Of a DNA stretch of 64,000 nt, positions 25,692-36,618 are shown in pieces. The notes beneath the pieces are model-generated. The model ran no database searches. It was given only the letters and a program-made list of their open reading frames with translations, and had not been told where the DNA came from. This DNA is from Chrysemys picta bellii (taxonomy: Eukaryota). Every line of letters begins with the position of its first letter. Within the stretch, counting starts at the first letter, position 1. The DNA lies in the NCBI RefSeq assembly GCF_011386835.1, contig NC_088796.1, forward strand, positions 18,414,001 through 18,478,000, read 5' to 3'. The position numbers were made by a program, and so were the translations under genes.

Positions 25692-25705
25692 CACGTGTGC
25701 ATATA
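25648..25705. repeat. (TG)n(CG)n alternating purine-pyrimidine microsatellite
   Basis: TG run grading into GCGCGCGTGCACGTGTGCATATA. Confidence 0.9.
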
Positions 25706-25764
25706 GAAATTGTAGGATTGGGGCTCAAGCATCGTTTGGCATTAATTTTTTTGTGGATAATAAT

Positions 25765-26186
25765 TGTGGGGATGTATCATCCCTACACCAACCTAATGAA
25801 AAGTTCCATGAGGAGGTAAGGGTCACGATGGGACACTTGCCAGGTAAACAAATCATGGCCTTATGTAAGGCCCCCTGGTGGTCTAGGATTATATAAGATG
25901 ATCATGGCCTTATGTAAGGCCCCCTGGTGGTCTAGGATTATATAAGATGAGGTAAACAAATCATGGCCTTATGTAAGGAACGGTTGAACCAATCGGTGTG
26001 GGGCTATACATGTGATAAACACATGATTCTCCTTCTTGTCCAATCCGTAGATGTGTTATTATAGCCTAATTGTGTTATGTAATGTTGAGAAAAAACTATA
26101 AAAGAAAGCTTGTAATAAACAGGATTCGGATTCAGCTTGCAACCACATTGGTTGTGTGATTTATGCGCTCCGCATGGAACCCCACA
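25765..26186 (+). mobile_element. Solo LTR (422 bp) with 6-bp TSD, ERV-like
   Basis: TGTGGGG...CCCCACA 7-bp inverted ends. AATAAT on both flanks (25759-25764, 26187-26192). CCAAT boxes, TATAAAA at 26096-26102, AATAAA at 26113-26118, internal tandem duplication. Confidence 0.85.
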
Positions 26187-27981
26187 AATAATTACAATCA
26201 CTATTTAAGAACCCAAATGAATGTTTAATATAATCAGAGCCACACAAATTAATATCATCAGAGCCACAAATTAACCTACGTCCAGTCTTGAGATGGCACA
26301 GTGTGTAGCTCTCTTCTGCAACATATCACATCTGAACAGAGTACAAAAGGGCAGCTACTTCCAGCACATAGAAAGATTTGTAAAAATGTAAAGGTGCAAT
26401 ACACAAGAAAAAAAATCCTACAGTTCTATAGCTACGTACCACATCCCCTCGGAGAAAAAGTATGCAGGGTGCTTCCAAAGATCTGAGGTGTACAGTCACT
26501 CACCTCCCTTGTGTTACCTCCGCAAATCCTTCCCCTCTTTACCTACACAGGGGGGATAGACATTACCCCTATATCATTTATCACTATTACTTTTAGAATT
26601 AAGGAGTGTCACATGTGTGATTGAGTGTAACTGGAACACTACAACATTGAAACAAAGTGGAAACCACCCCAGAGTAATCTCCACCCCCTCTTAACTTCCA
26701 CAGCTGCATTTACCCAGGGTTGTGATGTGATGATTGCATATTGTGTGCAAATTGTACATGCTCTAGAAGCCTCGCTCCCTACAGAGCACAGAAAGTAATA
26801 ACTAATGAGATTGGGAGAGGGTCTGCTAGCCCTGCAATGAGTGATAAAGTGGGATTTAGTCATTTTAAAAGACATTTCCATGTATTTACCAACCAAGGTT
26901 TCATTTTGTTTGTTGAATTGAGTTAAGCAAGCTCCTAAAAATCTCAGATTTCTGGTAATTACTAGAGATGAACTCAAACTATATCCCCATCTCTGAGCAG
27001 GTTTGAAATCTGAAGGCAGATGTGGATATGAATTTTCCTAAGCCTCTGCTCTCCACCTCCCATGGGTTGAAACAAATCCGAACATCCAAACACTTTCACA
27101 CCTCGGTGTGTTCAAACTCCAGATGTGAATTACGTGGTTTGAGCCCGTTCCTGGTAATGATCACAGATAAAGTCACTTTGCTAGGTTTGAATTTAAGAGG
27201 CTTTCCCCATTAGTAGCAGATTGCATTCTATAATCTCTATATTACAAGGACCTGTGCTCAATTTTCATTGACACAGTATTAGTATTTAAAAAACTTTATT
27301 TTTTCAAAAACCTTTAAAACTATTTGGCAAAAATTGTCTTGTGAAGAATTTCTTTTAAAATATCTCTTATAAAACTATATTTTCCATTCAGGAATCTGTT
27401 TAAACCTATTTGGAGCATTTAAAACACACTACTATGTTGCTAGAATGGTAATTTTGATCTCACACAATTTAGCTCTGCCTCTGACAATCACAAAACACAG
27501 ATGCTAGAAAATAAAATTAGTAGAAGTGTGAGGCATTTATCAATATGTTATCAAACTAGCTGTTAACTGTTTGAAGCCAGGTGCTGGCAGGTACATAGCT
27601 GCTAGAGGTTTTTGCTCTCTGTGAGATGTAAAACTGAGGTCATGTCTATTCATGATCATTTAAAATTCTGTGCTTGACTTTTAGGGCCCGAAGAGGTATG
27701 CCTTTGCACTCATGCTAAACGTGCCTACTTGTGCACATTCATCTGGGTACATGTGTGCAAATCACTGAGCCATGCATGTGTGGGGCTGTGTTAGACTCAA
27801 GCCACATTTTTGATAATAGTGTTTATTTTTGCATCCTAGTAGCACATTTAAAATGTTGTCATATTGTGCGTTTTGTTCAATTTAAAATTCGAGGTGCACT
27901 TCCAAACTGCCCATATCAATCCATGCCTCTATGAGGGCTGAAAATGTGTTACCTCACATGAGAACAGGGATGCTAGCCTTA

Positions 27982-28247
27982 GGCCCGGTCTACACTATAA
28001 ACTTACATGGGTAAAACTACGTCGCTCAGGGTTGTGAAAAAATGCTAAAAAACCCTGCGTTATACCCACCTAATCCCCTGTGTAGACTGTGCTATGTCAA
28101 CGGGAGGGCTTCTCCTACCAGTATAGCCACTGCCTCTGGCTGAGATGGATTAACTACGCTGATGGGAGAAGCTCTCCCTCCAACGTACTAGCAGCTTCAC
28201 TGAAGCACTACAGCGGCCGCTGCAGCGTTTTAAATGTAGACCTGCCC
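27982..28247. mobile_element. PIF/Harbinger-type MITE
   Basis: TTA|GGCCCGGTCTACAC ... TGTAGACCTGCCC|TCA. Same family as 1781 and 10467. Confidence 0.75.
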
Positions 28248-29587
28248 TCAGTGTCCCTGTCAAAGTCCAGCTGCAGTAATGACTTTCTCTCTAGCTTCTG
28301 TTCCCAGTTTCCAGTAGGAGACAAGCTTCCTCCCTTCACCGCCTAAAGCCTGAAGCCTAGTGTTAATGGCAGAGAACAGCTAGATTCCACTTTTATGACA
28401 AGAGCTTTTATGTAAGCTCTTTGGGACAGGGATTGTCTTTTTGTTGTATGTACAGTGGGCTCCTGGCCCATGACTAGAGCTCCCGGGTACTACAGTAATA
28501 CAAATCATAATAGTTATACCATGATACAGTTTTCACATATAAGCCAATCCCTTTATTCAACAGAAAACGATTCAAACATGTAGCAGCCAGCTTGACTTAA
28601 GCACAAATATATAGTGCGACAAAGTGAAATTTCTGTGGGACTGTGTCTGCTTCTTAGCTGTGGACTAAAGAGTGGGGTAGATTAAACCAACAGTCTTGAT
28701 AGTCTAGCAGTTGAAGAGGGAGCCTTCTTGGCCACGGCATGTTCGCAAGTCATATGGCACTCACTCTGAGAAATTGTCTAATAGTTCTTTATTTTAAGCA
28801 AAGATAGAAGCCATACAAAATGCAAACATTCATCCCACATTTCCTGAGAAAGAGATGGCATGGGCTCTATTATACCCTCCAAGAACACGATGTATAGGGA
28901 AATCGTTTTCTTTTCTCACACATTAAGCATTATAATAGCTCTCTGTTGACGGAGACCCCTAAAGAGTGGCATTGCACACACATTCCATATCATGCACTAT
29001 GTTCTGTCCACTGTTTAGGTTTTGCAAGTTCTGATTTCTGTTGAAAATGGACTGAAGAGCTGGTGTTCAGATCCAGTGTAGCCTTATGCAGTGCTCAGGG
29101 GTGGAGGCTTTATGTAATAATTGGGCCTACAAATTTACCCTAACTGTGAGCTCCAGTGTAAAAAAGCGGATGAAAGTTCATTAGCTGTCACAATAACACA
29201 TAATAAATGTTGATGGGGAAAGCTGCAAAAGGGAGACAGGCAGACTGAATTAGTCCAAACACAAAGGGCCCCTGACATAACTCAAGGACTGTGCTTAGAT
29301 CATCCCTGGTAAACAAAAGGAGGGGAGGACTGAAAATGAATAAACCAAAATCAGTATGTCAGATATTAGGTCTAATTGGTAGACAAAATGAGGGGATGGG
29401 CTATTCCACCCATCACTCCCTTTGGGGCCTTAAAGAAAAACACTTTGGGGAAAAAAATGGTTACTGGAGTGAGCTTCACCATCATGGCTGCCAATCCCAT
29501 CATCAGTTTGGACCCAGGCCTTTGTCATCCTGATCCTAAGAGATGTCCTGGCCAGATGGGGCCAGAGAAAGAGACTCAGATGATATT

Positions 29588-30032
29588 AGAACAGGAGTAC
29601 TTGGGGCACCTTAGGCCAGGTCTACACTAACCCCCTAATTCGAACTAAGGTACGCAACTTCAGCTATGTGAATAACGTAGCTGAAGTTCGAAGTACCTTA
29701 GTTCGAACTTACCTCGGTCCACACGCGGCAGGCAGGCTCCCCCGTCGACTCCGCGGTACTCCTCTCGTCTAGCTGGAGTACCGCCGTCAACGGCGAGCAC
29801 TTCCGGGTTCGACTTATCTCGTCCAGACAAGACGCGATAAGTCGAACCCAGAAGTTCAATTGCTCGCCGCCGAACTACCGGGTAAGTGTAGACCTACCCG
29901 TTGAGACTAACACATTTATTTGAGCATAAGCTTTCGTGGGCCTAAAAATAAATGTGTTAGTCTCTAAGGTGCCACAAGTACTCCTGTTCTTTTTGCAGAT
30001 ACAGACTAACACGGCTGCTACTCTGAAACCTG
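29588..30032. mobile_element. Fold-back Penelope-derived mini-element (two inverted pLTR pieces), containing a Harbinger MITE
   Basis: 12-bp TSD TCAGATGATATT at 29576-29587 and 30033-30044. Left arm AGAACAGGAGTAC..CTTTCGTGGGC, right arm its inverted copy plus a tail ending CTCTGAAACCTG. Confidence 0.85.
29614..29899. mobile_element. PIF/Harbinger-type MITE (CpG-rich family) inserted at TTA in the PLE pLTR
   Basis: GGCCAGGTCTACACT / AGTGTAGACCTACCC termini. It splits GCACCTTA|GAGACTAAC. A reverse-orientation relative lies at 56406-56701. Confidence 0.8.
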
Positions 30033-30279
30033 TCAGATGATATTGTCAATTCTTTTGGCTTCAGCTAAATCCCAAGTATCACCTGAGATGTGAGACTTTG
30101 TCACCTCACCCTATACTCCCAGTTGTCCTTTTCCTTCCCTATTTTATTTCTTCTCTTTCTTATCCCTCTCCTTTTGCCTTCTATCTAATAAGACTCTGGC
30201 TTAGTCAGCCAAGACTGCACACTTTGCATCACTGCTTTAAGCCTATGACCAGAGAGGCAGCTAAAAACAATGCCCTAAA

Positions 30280-30803
30280 CAGGGCCAGCTCTAGGCACCA
30301 GCAAAACAAGCTAGTGCTTGGGGCGGCATATTTTTAGGGGCGGCATGGCCGGCGCCAGAATGCCGCCCCTGCCGTCCCTAAAAATGTGCCCTGGCCGCCC
30401 TAGCTCACCTCCGCTGCTGCCGCCATGGCGCACGAAACAGCTGATTCGCGCGCCGCTGCTCCCCGTCCCTCCCAGGCTCTCAAACCTGGGAGGGAGGGGG
30501 AGATCCCGAGAGGCCGCGGCGCGCGAAACAGCTGATTCGCGTGCCGCTGCTCCCCGTCCCTCCCAGGCTCTCAAACCTGGGAGGGAGGGGGAGATCCCGA
30601 GAGGCCGCAGCGCGCGAAACAGCTGATTCGCGCGCCGCTGCTCACCCTCCCTCCCAGGCTTGAGAGCCTGGGGGGAGGAGGCAGGGCTGGGGATTTGGGG
30701 AAGGGGCGGAGTTGAGGCAGGGCCAAGGGGTGGGGTAAGAAAAAAATGGGGGCGGCCAAAATTGATTTTGCTCGGGGCGGCAAAAATCCTAGAGCCGGTC
30801 CTG
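30280..30803. mobile_element. GC-rich hAT MITE with internal 91-bp tandem repeat
   Basis: TIR CAGGGCCAGCTCTAGG / CCTAGAGCCGGTCCTG. Perfect 8-bp TSD GCCCTAAA at 30272-30279 and 30804-30811. GAAACAGCTGATTCGC recurs at 30434, 30525 and 30616. Confidence 0.85.
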
Positions 30804-32689
30804 GCCCTAAACAGGTCAGTGCTGGTACAAGTTTGCCAAGTCTTAGAGTGGCTGATACGACCTTGTGCTGTGTCTTTGTTTCTCCAGCAGTGAAGCTGCA
30901 AGGGAAAGCAACAGAGATGGAAGCTGCATTTTTATCTTTGCTTTCTTTTTCCTCCCCTTTTCTGTGTGTTTGTCTTGTTTTGTCTTCTTAGGAAACAGGA
31001 TCAGAATTGAACAACAACAGTACTAACAAAAGCTCCAGCCTGCCTCAACTCCTCTTTTCCCACAAAAGGATATTTATCATTTTTGATACCATGGAGACTG
31101 TCAAACAAAGGAAATTTTCCTTCTAAAAACTCTCTCCAACTAAAGGGAAAGGGAACAAGGGATGTTGCTAACATGAAAACATGTTGTAGAGCTTTATATT
31201 TCAAATGCTTTAACCGTTTTTCCTTCTTTTCTGAATCTTTACTAAAAGGTTTTAAATAATTTTAATGGTGTGTTTGCCATGGTATTAAGTGTGCTGAGGT
31301 CTCTCTATACCAAACCCCAAACCTTGTTTAAACCAGTTTTATATCAGACAGTGACAGGATCCTGTTAGCACCTTTGACCGTTTAGGCCAATACATTAATA
31401 TAATATATATATATAACTAATATAAAAGGCCAAACAAGGGCTAGGGTTTGTGTTTAAAATGAGATTTGACTGCACCAAAATTTCTCAAGTTGTTCTTGCA
31501 TATTTTTGGCCCAAAGTGCAGAAATCTTATGAACTCAGCAGCTGTTGGGAGATTTCCACCAGACTAGATCATGGAAGTGTCACGAGATTGGCCTTCATTA
31601 TGAGATTCCAGCTGCATCCAAACTGGAACTGGAAAATATGCCCCTTCTGTCTTAAGTTCCATCCATAGCAATAGGGACAGGTACGGCTCCAGAGATTTGA
31701 ATCTGAATCTTTTGGAATACAAACCAGTTTGAAGCCGAGGTTGTGATTTTGGATCATATCTAGATTGCTGCAGAGCATTCTGGCCAACAACAGATCCCAC
31801 ATTAGAAACAAAATAGCTCTGGGTTTTCCCAACCCTAAACTATTATGCACATATTTCTGTTATGTTTACACCCACGTATAAGTCATTAGGAGATACAGTT
31901 GATAATGGTATTCATTAAATTTCAACGTTAGAATGCATAACCTATCCCCCACACACACCTTGTCACTATACTGGTAATTCTGCATAAACTAGTAACAAAG
32001 AGTTAAAGGACACTACGATTCAGAAATCGTTTGATGAAGAAAATAAATTATGCCATAAAAATAATGGTTTGCTTACTTCCTTTAGCCACCACTGATTCTG
32101 TTTAGACCTGATTCCTTTGCAAACTGGGGGGAAACGGAATATTAAATCACAAAATAATGAACGAAAGGTCATAAACAAGAGTATGACAGGAATCTACAAC
32201 TCCCCCATCAGAACTTTGCTACAAAAAACACCTGTAAAGAAAAATAAATGCAAACTGCTGCATAGGATTATTTTGAGGACAGAGGGATACGTCTGTTTTA
32301 GATTAATTTCACCAAGTTCTGCTTTTTTCCCCTCTAGCAGTGAGAGAACAATGGCATCATGAAACAGCCCAGTTCACAATACTATATAAAAAAGCTCATT
32401 AAAATGCAGCCTCATTAATTACCTTTGAAATTAAGTTATACTGGCTATCACCATCTCAGTGCTTCAGATTCTTCAAGCATACATAAAAGGAAAATTATCT
32501 TACCCCTGCAAAATGTTTAAAGATTAATAACAGGGAGTAGCAAATGCCAAATTTTAGTAAGATACACTATGAAACAGAATCAATGCATGCAATATACTTT
32601 AAAAAAATGAATAATGTTGAAATTATGCATTTTAAATGCATAGTTAGGTAGTGATATGGTTACCAAAACTCCTTGTTCTGAAAGTGCCA

Positions 32690-32880
32690 CTATATATATA
32701 TATAGTGTATATATATATATACACACACACTATATATACATGTATATATATCTATAAATAGATATATATACACACATATAAAAAGAAGAGGGGTGTGTGT
32801 GTGTATACACACAAGCTTTAATGAGTGTGTGTGTGTGTGTGTATACACACACACACACACACACACTCATTAAAGCTTGT
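32690..32880. repeat. (TA)/(GT)/(AC) compound microsatellite with a near-perfect palindrome
   Basis: ACAAGCTTTAATGA(GT)9A|T(AC)11TCATTAAAGCTTGT at 32811-32880. Confidence 0.9.
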
Positions 32881-35800
32881 ACCAATTATACTAATAAATC
32901 TCTTTGTGAATCAGACCGGAGGAGCAGAAAGATCCATATTCTCCTATATGTGAATTATGTAAGTCAAGGTCCATATTTATGGGGTTGTAAAGACGTATCT
33001 TCATCAGTTTGACTTGTCATATGGTCATCAGGTGTATACCAAATGCTGAAGATTGAAGGTGGCCTCAGCCATTAAGGACTTTAAGACCTCATCTGAGAGG
33101 AGAGGGTTCATTTGCTGATTAGTAAAAGATGGCATAAGATAGTCCTCACTGCTGTGCCAATCTTCATCTTCAGGATCAGTCCAGCATGACCTAGAGGCTT
33201 TGTACCACCGTAGTGATTTGAAGTCTGATGCTTTCACTGATGGGTGAAGTTAATGTTGGCAGAAAAGGGGTTTTTCCCTCGCTTCTATCCTTCCTAGATT
33301 GAGTTGTGGCTGCTATTAGATGGGCATCATTATCAAACTAGCTTGTTTGAACTGGTCGCATATCTCAGCTACTAGTTCATTAATGCACTGTTTTTTGGAG
33401 TGGTGCATTTCCTCTCCAAAATCTTCTGGACGTTTGCCAGGACCAAGAGCTTTTAGACAAACTAATTTGGTTGGTTCATTTATGAGGCAAGAATGGATCC
33501 CTTTAATCTCTGTTTTGAGACTATACCCCAGAGCCTTCCCTGCTGTCTAACAACTGTATTCTCTTGATGTAATAAGATTGCAATAGCATTTAAGTACCAG
33601 AAGATAAGTTATCAGAAAGACTCAAGAAATATTTGAAATTAATATTTTAATGGATACAAATTAACAGTTTTTGGATCTTCCCAGTACATTTTCAGTTCCA
33701 GGCCGCATTAGATCGGTTTGAATCAGTTCTTTTATTGACTTATTGATCACACATGCTAACAATGTAATATACCGAGATACTACCGCAATAGGCTCATTAG
33801 ACGCATGATAGATAGATAATCCATTGTATCTTTATATGATCGATCTATAAATAAGCAACATTTTTATGTCAAAATATATTTTGGGTTAATATTTGTGGGA
33901 AAGAAATTTCCTCTGAATCTCTTCTTAAAATACTGTTTACATGGGCATTTGCAATTTTTAGTAAGTTTTTTATTTAACAGTAGTTAAGGTACTTTAGATG
34001 CACCCAATTAAAAAAAGAAAATTAATAAAATTAAATATCCTAAGTGCTATAGTGCATTAACTATGATGAAATAAATCATTTTTGGAATAAATACAAGTTG
34101 ATATTAATAGATTAATGGTCAATTTGTGCCCTATGTAGGAATTATTCATCTGTTTTGCTGAATTTTCCCTGGTATCATTCCACTGCTGGCTAGTGGGGTC
34201 ATAATTTGCCTCACTCCATGGAAAAAGCAGAGTATTGGCCCCACAAACCAGAAGATCCTCCCAGAAATCTTTCTTCTGTGGACTCACAAAAGGGATCTTC
34301 TAGGTTTCCACCTTCCTTACTCATGGAGGCAGGAGACAATCCGGCTCATCTTTTCTAACAATTATCAAATGTGGGTTCTCAACCTGGGAGTGGCAAACAG
34401 GTGTGAAGGAGATGTGACCACCTACCCTTCTCATATAGCTAAATGGGTGGAGTGGCCTAGCTACACAAGGTCAGGGTCCCAGGTGAGTCTAGTATGCAAA
34501 AGAGGCTTTCTAATACATAATTGCAAAAGTTCATTAAAACAGTTCCAAATGTTCAAATAGAATTTCTTGTAACACTTATACTTGAATCACTCCATTCTTT
34601 CCTCAGAGAGATCTTAGAGTATTATTGAGCAAATGCATCTCTGTCTTGAGGATTATGGTATGTGGGTGCAGATCTCTTGAAAATTTGCCCTACATTTGTA
34701 TGGCTTAGGTTTTTGGACACAGCAGCTTCTCAGTAGAAGGCCTTCAACTCAAACTCGCTTCCTGAAGGAAGGGGCTTTCATAGCCAAAGTTGGTTGCTCT
34801 GTCGGGCATGCTATAAAGCCTTGCTAGTTTCTCAGGCTTTTTCCCGGGGGATATTTTTGAAAAGGGATTTGAATAATTTGTTTGAATTTTTCTTTTCGCT
34901 CAGAGGTCTGAATAATTTGTTTGAACTTGTTTTTCTTTTTTGCTCAGAGGTCCTTTCTTTGTAGGTCTCATAATTTGACATGTTTTGATTTAAAAAATTG
35001 ACTATTTGATGTTTTAAAGATGATACAGACTTGCTTAGAAGTGGAAAGAGGGGCACATTATAACTAAATATATAAAAGTGAGTGAGTGTGAACAAGGATA
35101 AGCATAATTTCACCATAGAAAGTACATACAGAAATTCTCATTAATTCAACACTTGATTTACAAAATGGCTCTTATGAGCAGGCCCGTTCCCTGAGTCTGG
35201 CACATGTTGAGATAAATAATGATTCTACCTAGGATTTCATCAGCATCCTTCAACAATACATAATATATGCCCTTCATTTTTCAACTTCATTCTTATATTC
35301 CTACACTAAAATACATCACTGGAGTGATGGCACCTAGAACTATATATCACCAGAGCATGTCTCTTCTGTGATGAATTGCACGGCACACCATCACTCTTAA
35401 GCCTTCTGGGTCAGATAAAAATAATAATTAATAGCATAATTAAAAATAAAAGATTTAAATATCAAAAATGTATTTAGATGTGACTTTAAGTGATGGGGGG
35501 AGTTGGGAGGTTTTGGAGACTTTTAAAAAACATGATAGGTCTGTTTTATTGCGGGTTTTGTTTGCACAGGAATACAGAAGTTCTGCCAAAGCCTTTTAAA
35601 ATTAGTGAATGCTAGGGATTGTACCCCCCCAGCTTGTACCGTAGACACAGCCTTTTGCAATTGTGTGTGCTCAACTGGTCAGTTGTGCATATAATTGGCC
35701 TATGCATATACACTTAGTGTTTGCATGTGCAATAATTATAATTAAGTGGGCATGATGGGCCTTGTAACCTGGGAGCAAGGGACTCCACAAAAATCTCAAT

Positions 35801-36157
35801 TTAGCTCTGTTATCTTGGCTGGATGATAACTAATAGGTTTATGTCAGGGGCCAAGGGACTCTTCAATGGGCATAAAGGCCTTGCTTGCCAGTCAAAACTC
35901 TGAGCTACCCCTAGGTGTAACTGGGAACTCCAGGTGGTAGTTTATTGGCCATTAGGGGTGAAGCACCTGATCCTTCTAAGGAAGGCTGTCTGAACTGACT
36001 AAAGGGTTTTTCCCCAGGAAGGAAGGAAAGGAGTTTATGCCTCTAGAGAAGAGGTCTGTAATGGAAAATGTAGTCCCTGGGCAGGGAATCGAAGACTACT
36101 CAGACAGCATAAAATAAGCTCCCAGGGAAAAACCAAGGAATTGGAAAGACACCCTGA

Positions 36158-36618
36158 GGGCACATCTTCACTACCCGCCAGATCGGCGGGTAGCGATCGA
36201 TCTATCGGGGATCGATTTATCGCGTCTAGTGTAGACATGATAAAATCGATCCCCGATCGCTCTGCCATCGACTCCGGAACTCCACCGCAGAGAGAGGCGG
36301 AAGCGGAGTTGGCGGGGGAGTGGCAGTGGTCGACTCACCGCCGTCCTCACAGCCAGGTAAGTCGACCTAAAATACGCAACTTCAGCTACGCTATTCGCGA
36401 AGTATCTTAGATTGAATTACCTGGGGTCCACACGGCGCGGGATCGACGGCCGCAGCTCCCTCATCAACTGCACTACCACCGCTCACTCTGGTGGAGTTCC
36501 GGAGTTGACGGTGAGCGCGTTCGAGGATCGATATATCGTGTTTTAACGAGACGTGATATATCGATCCCGGATAAATCGATTGCTACCCGCCGATATGGCA
36601 GGTAGTGAAGATGTACCC
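36158..36618. mobile_element. 461-bp quasi-palindromic PIF/Harbinger-type MITE
   Basis: TGA|GGGCACATCTTCACTACC ... GGTAGTGAAGATGTACCC|TAA. Internal GATCGAT-rich inverted repeats with CpGs largely retained. Confidence 0.8.

Noticed and set aside
30311-30901. 196-aa and overlapping ORFs
   Set aside because: They lie within a GC-rich hAT MITE with tandem repeats. Stop-codon scarcity is compositional.
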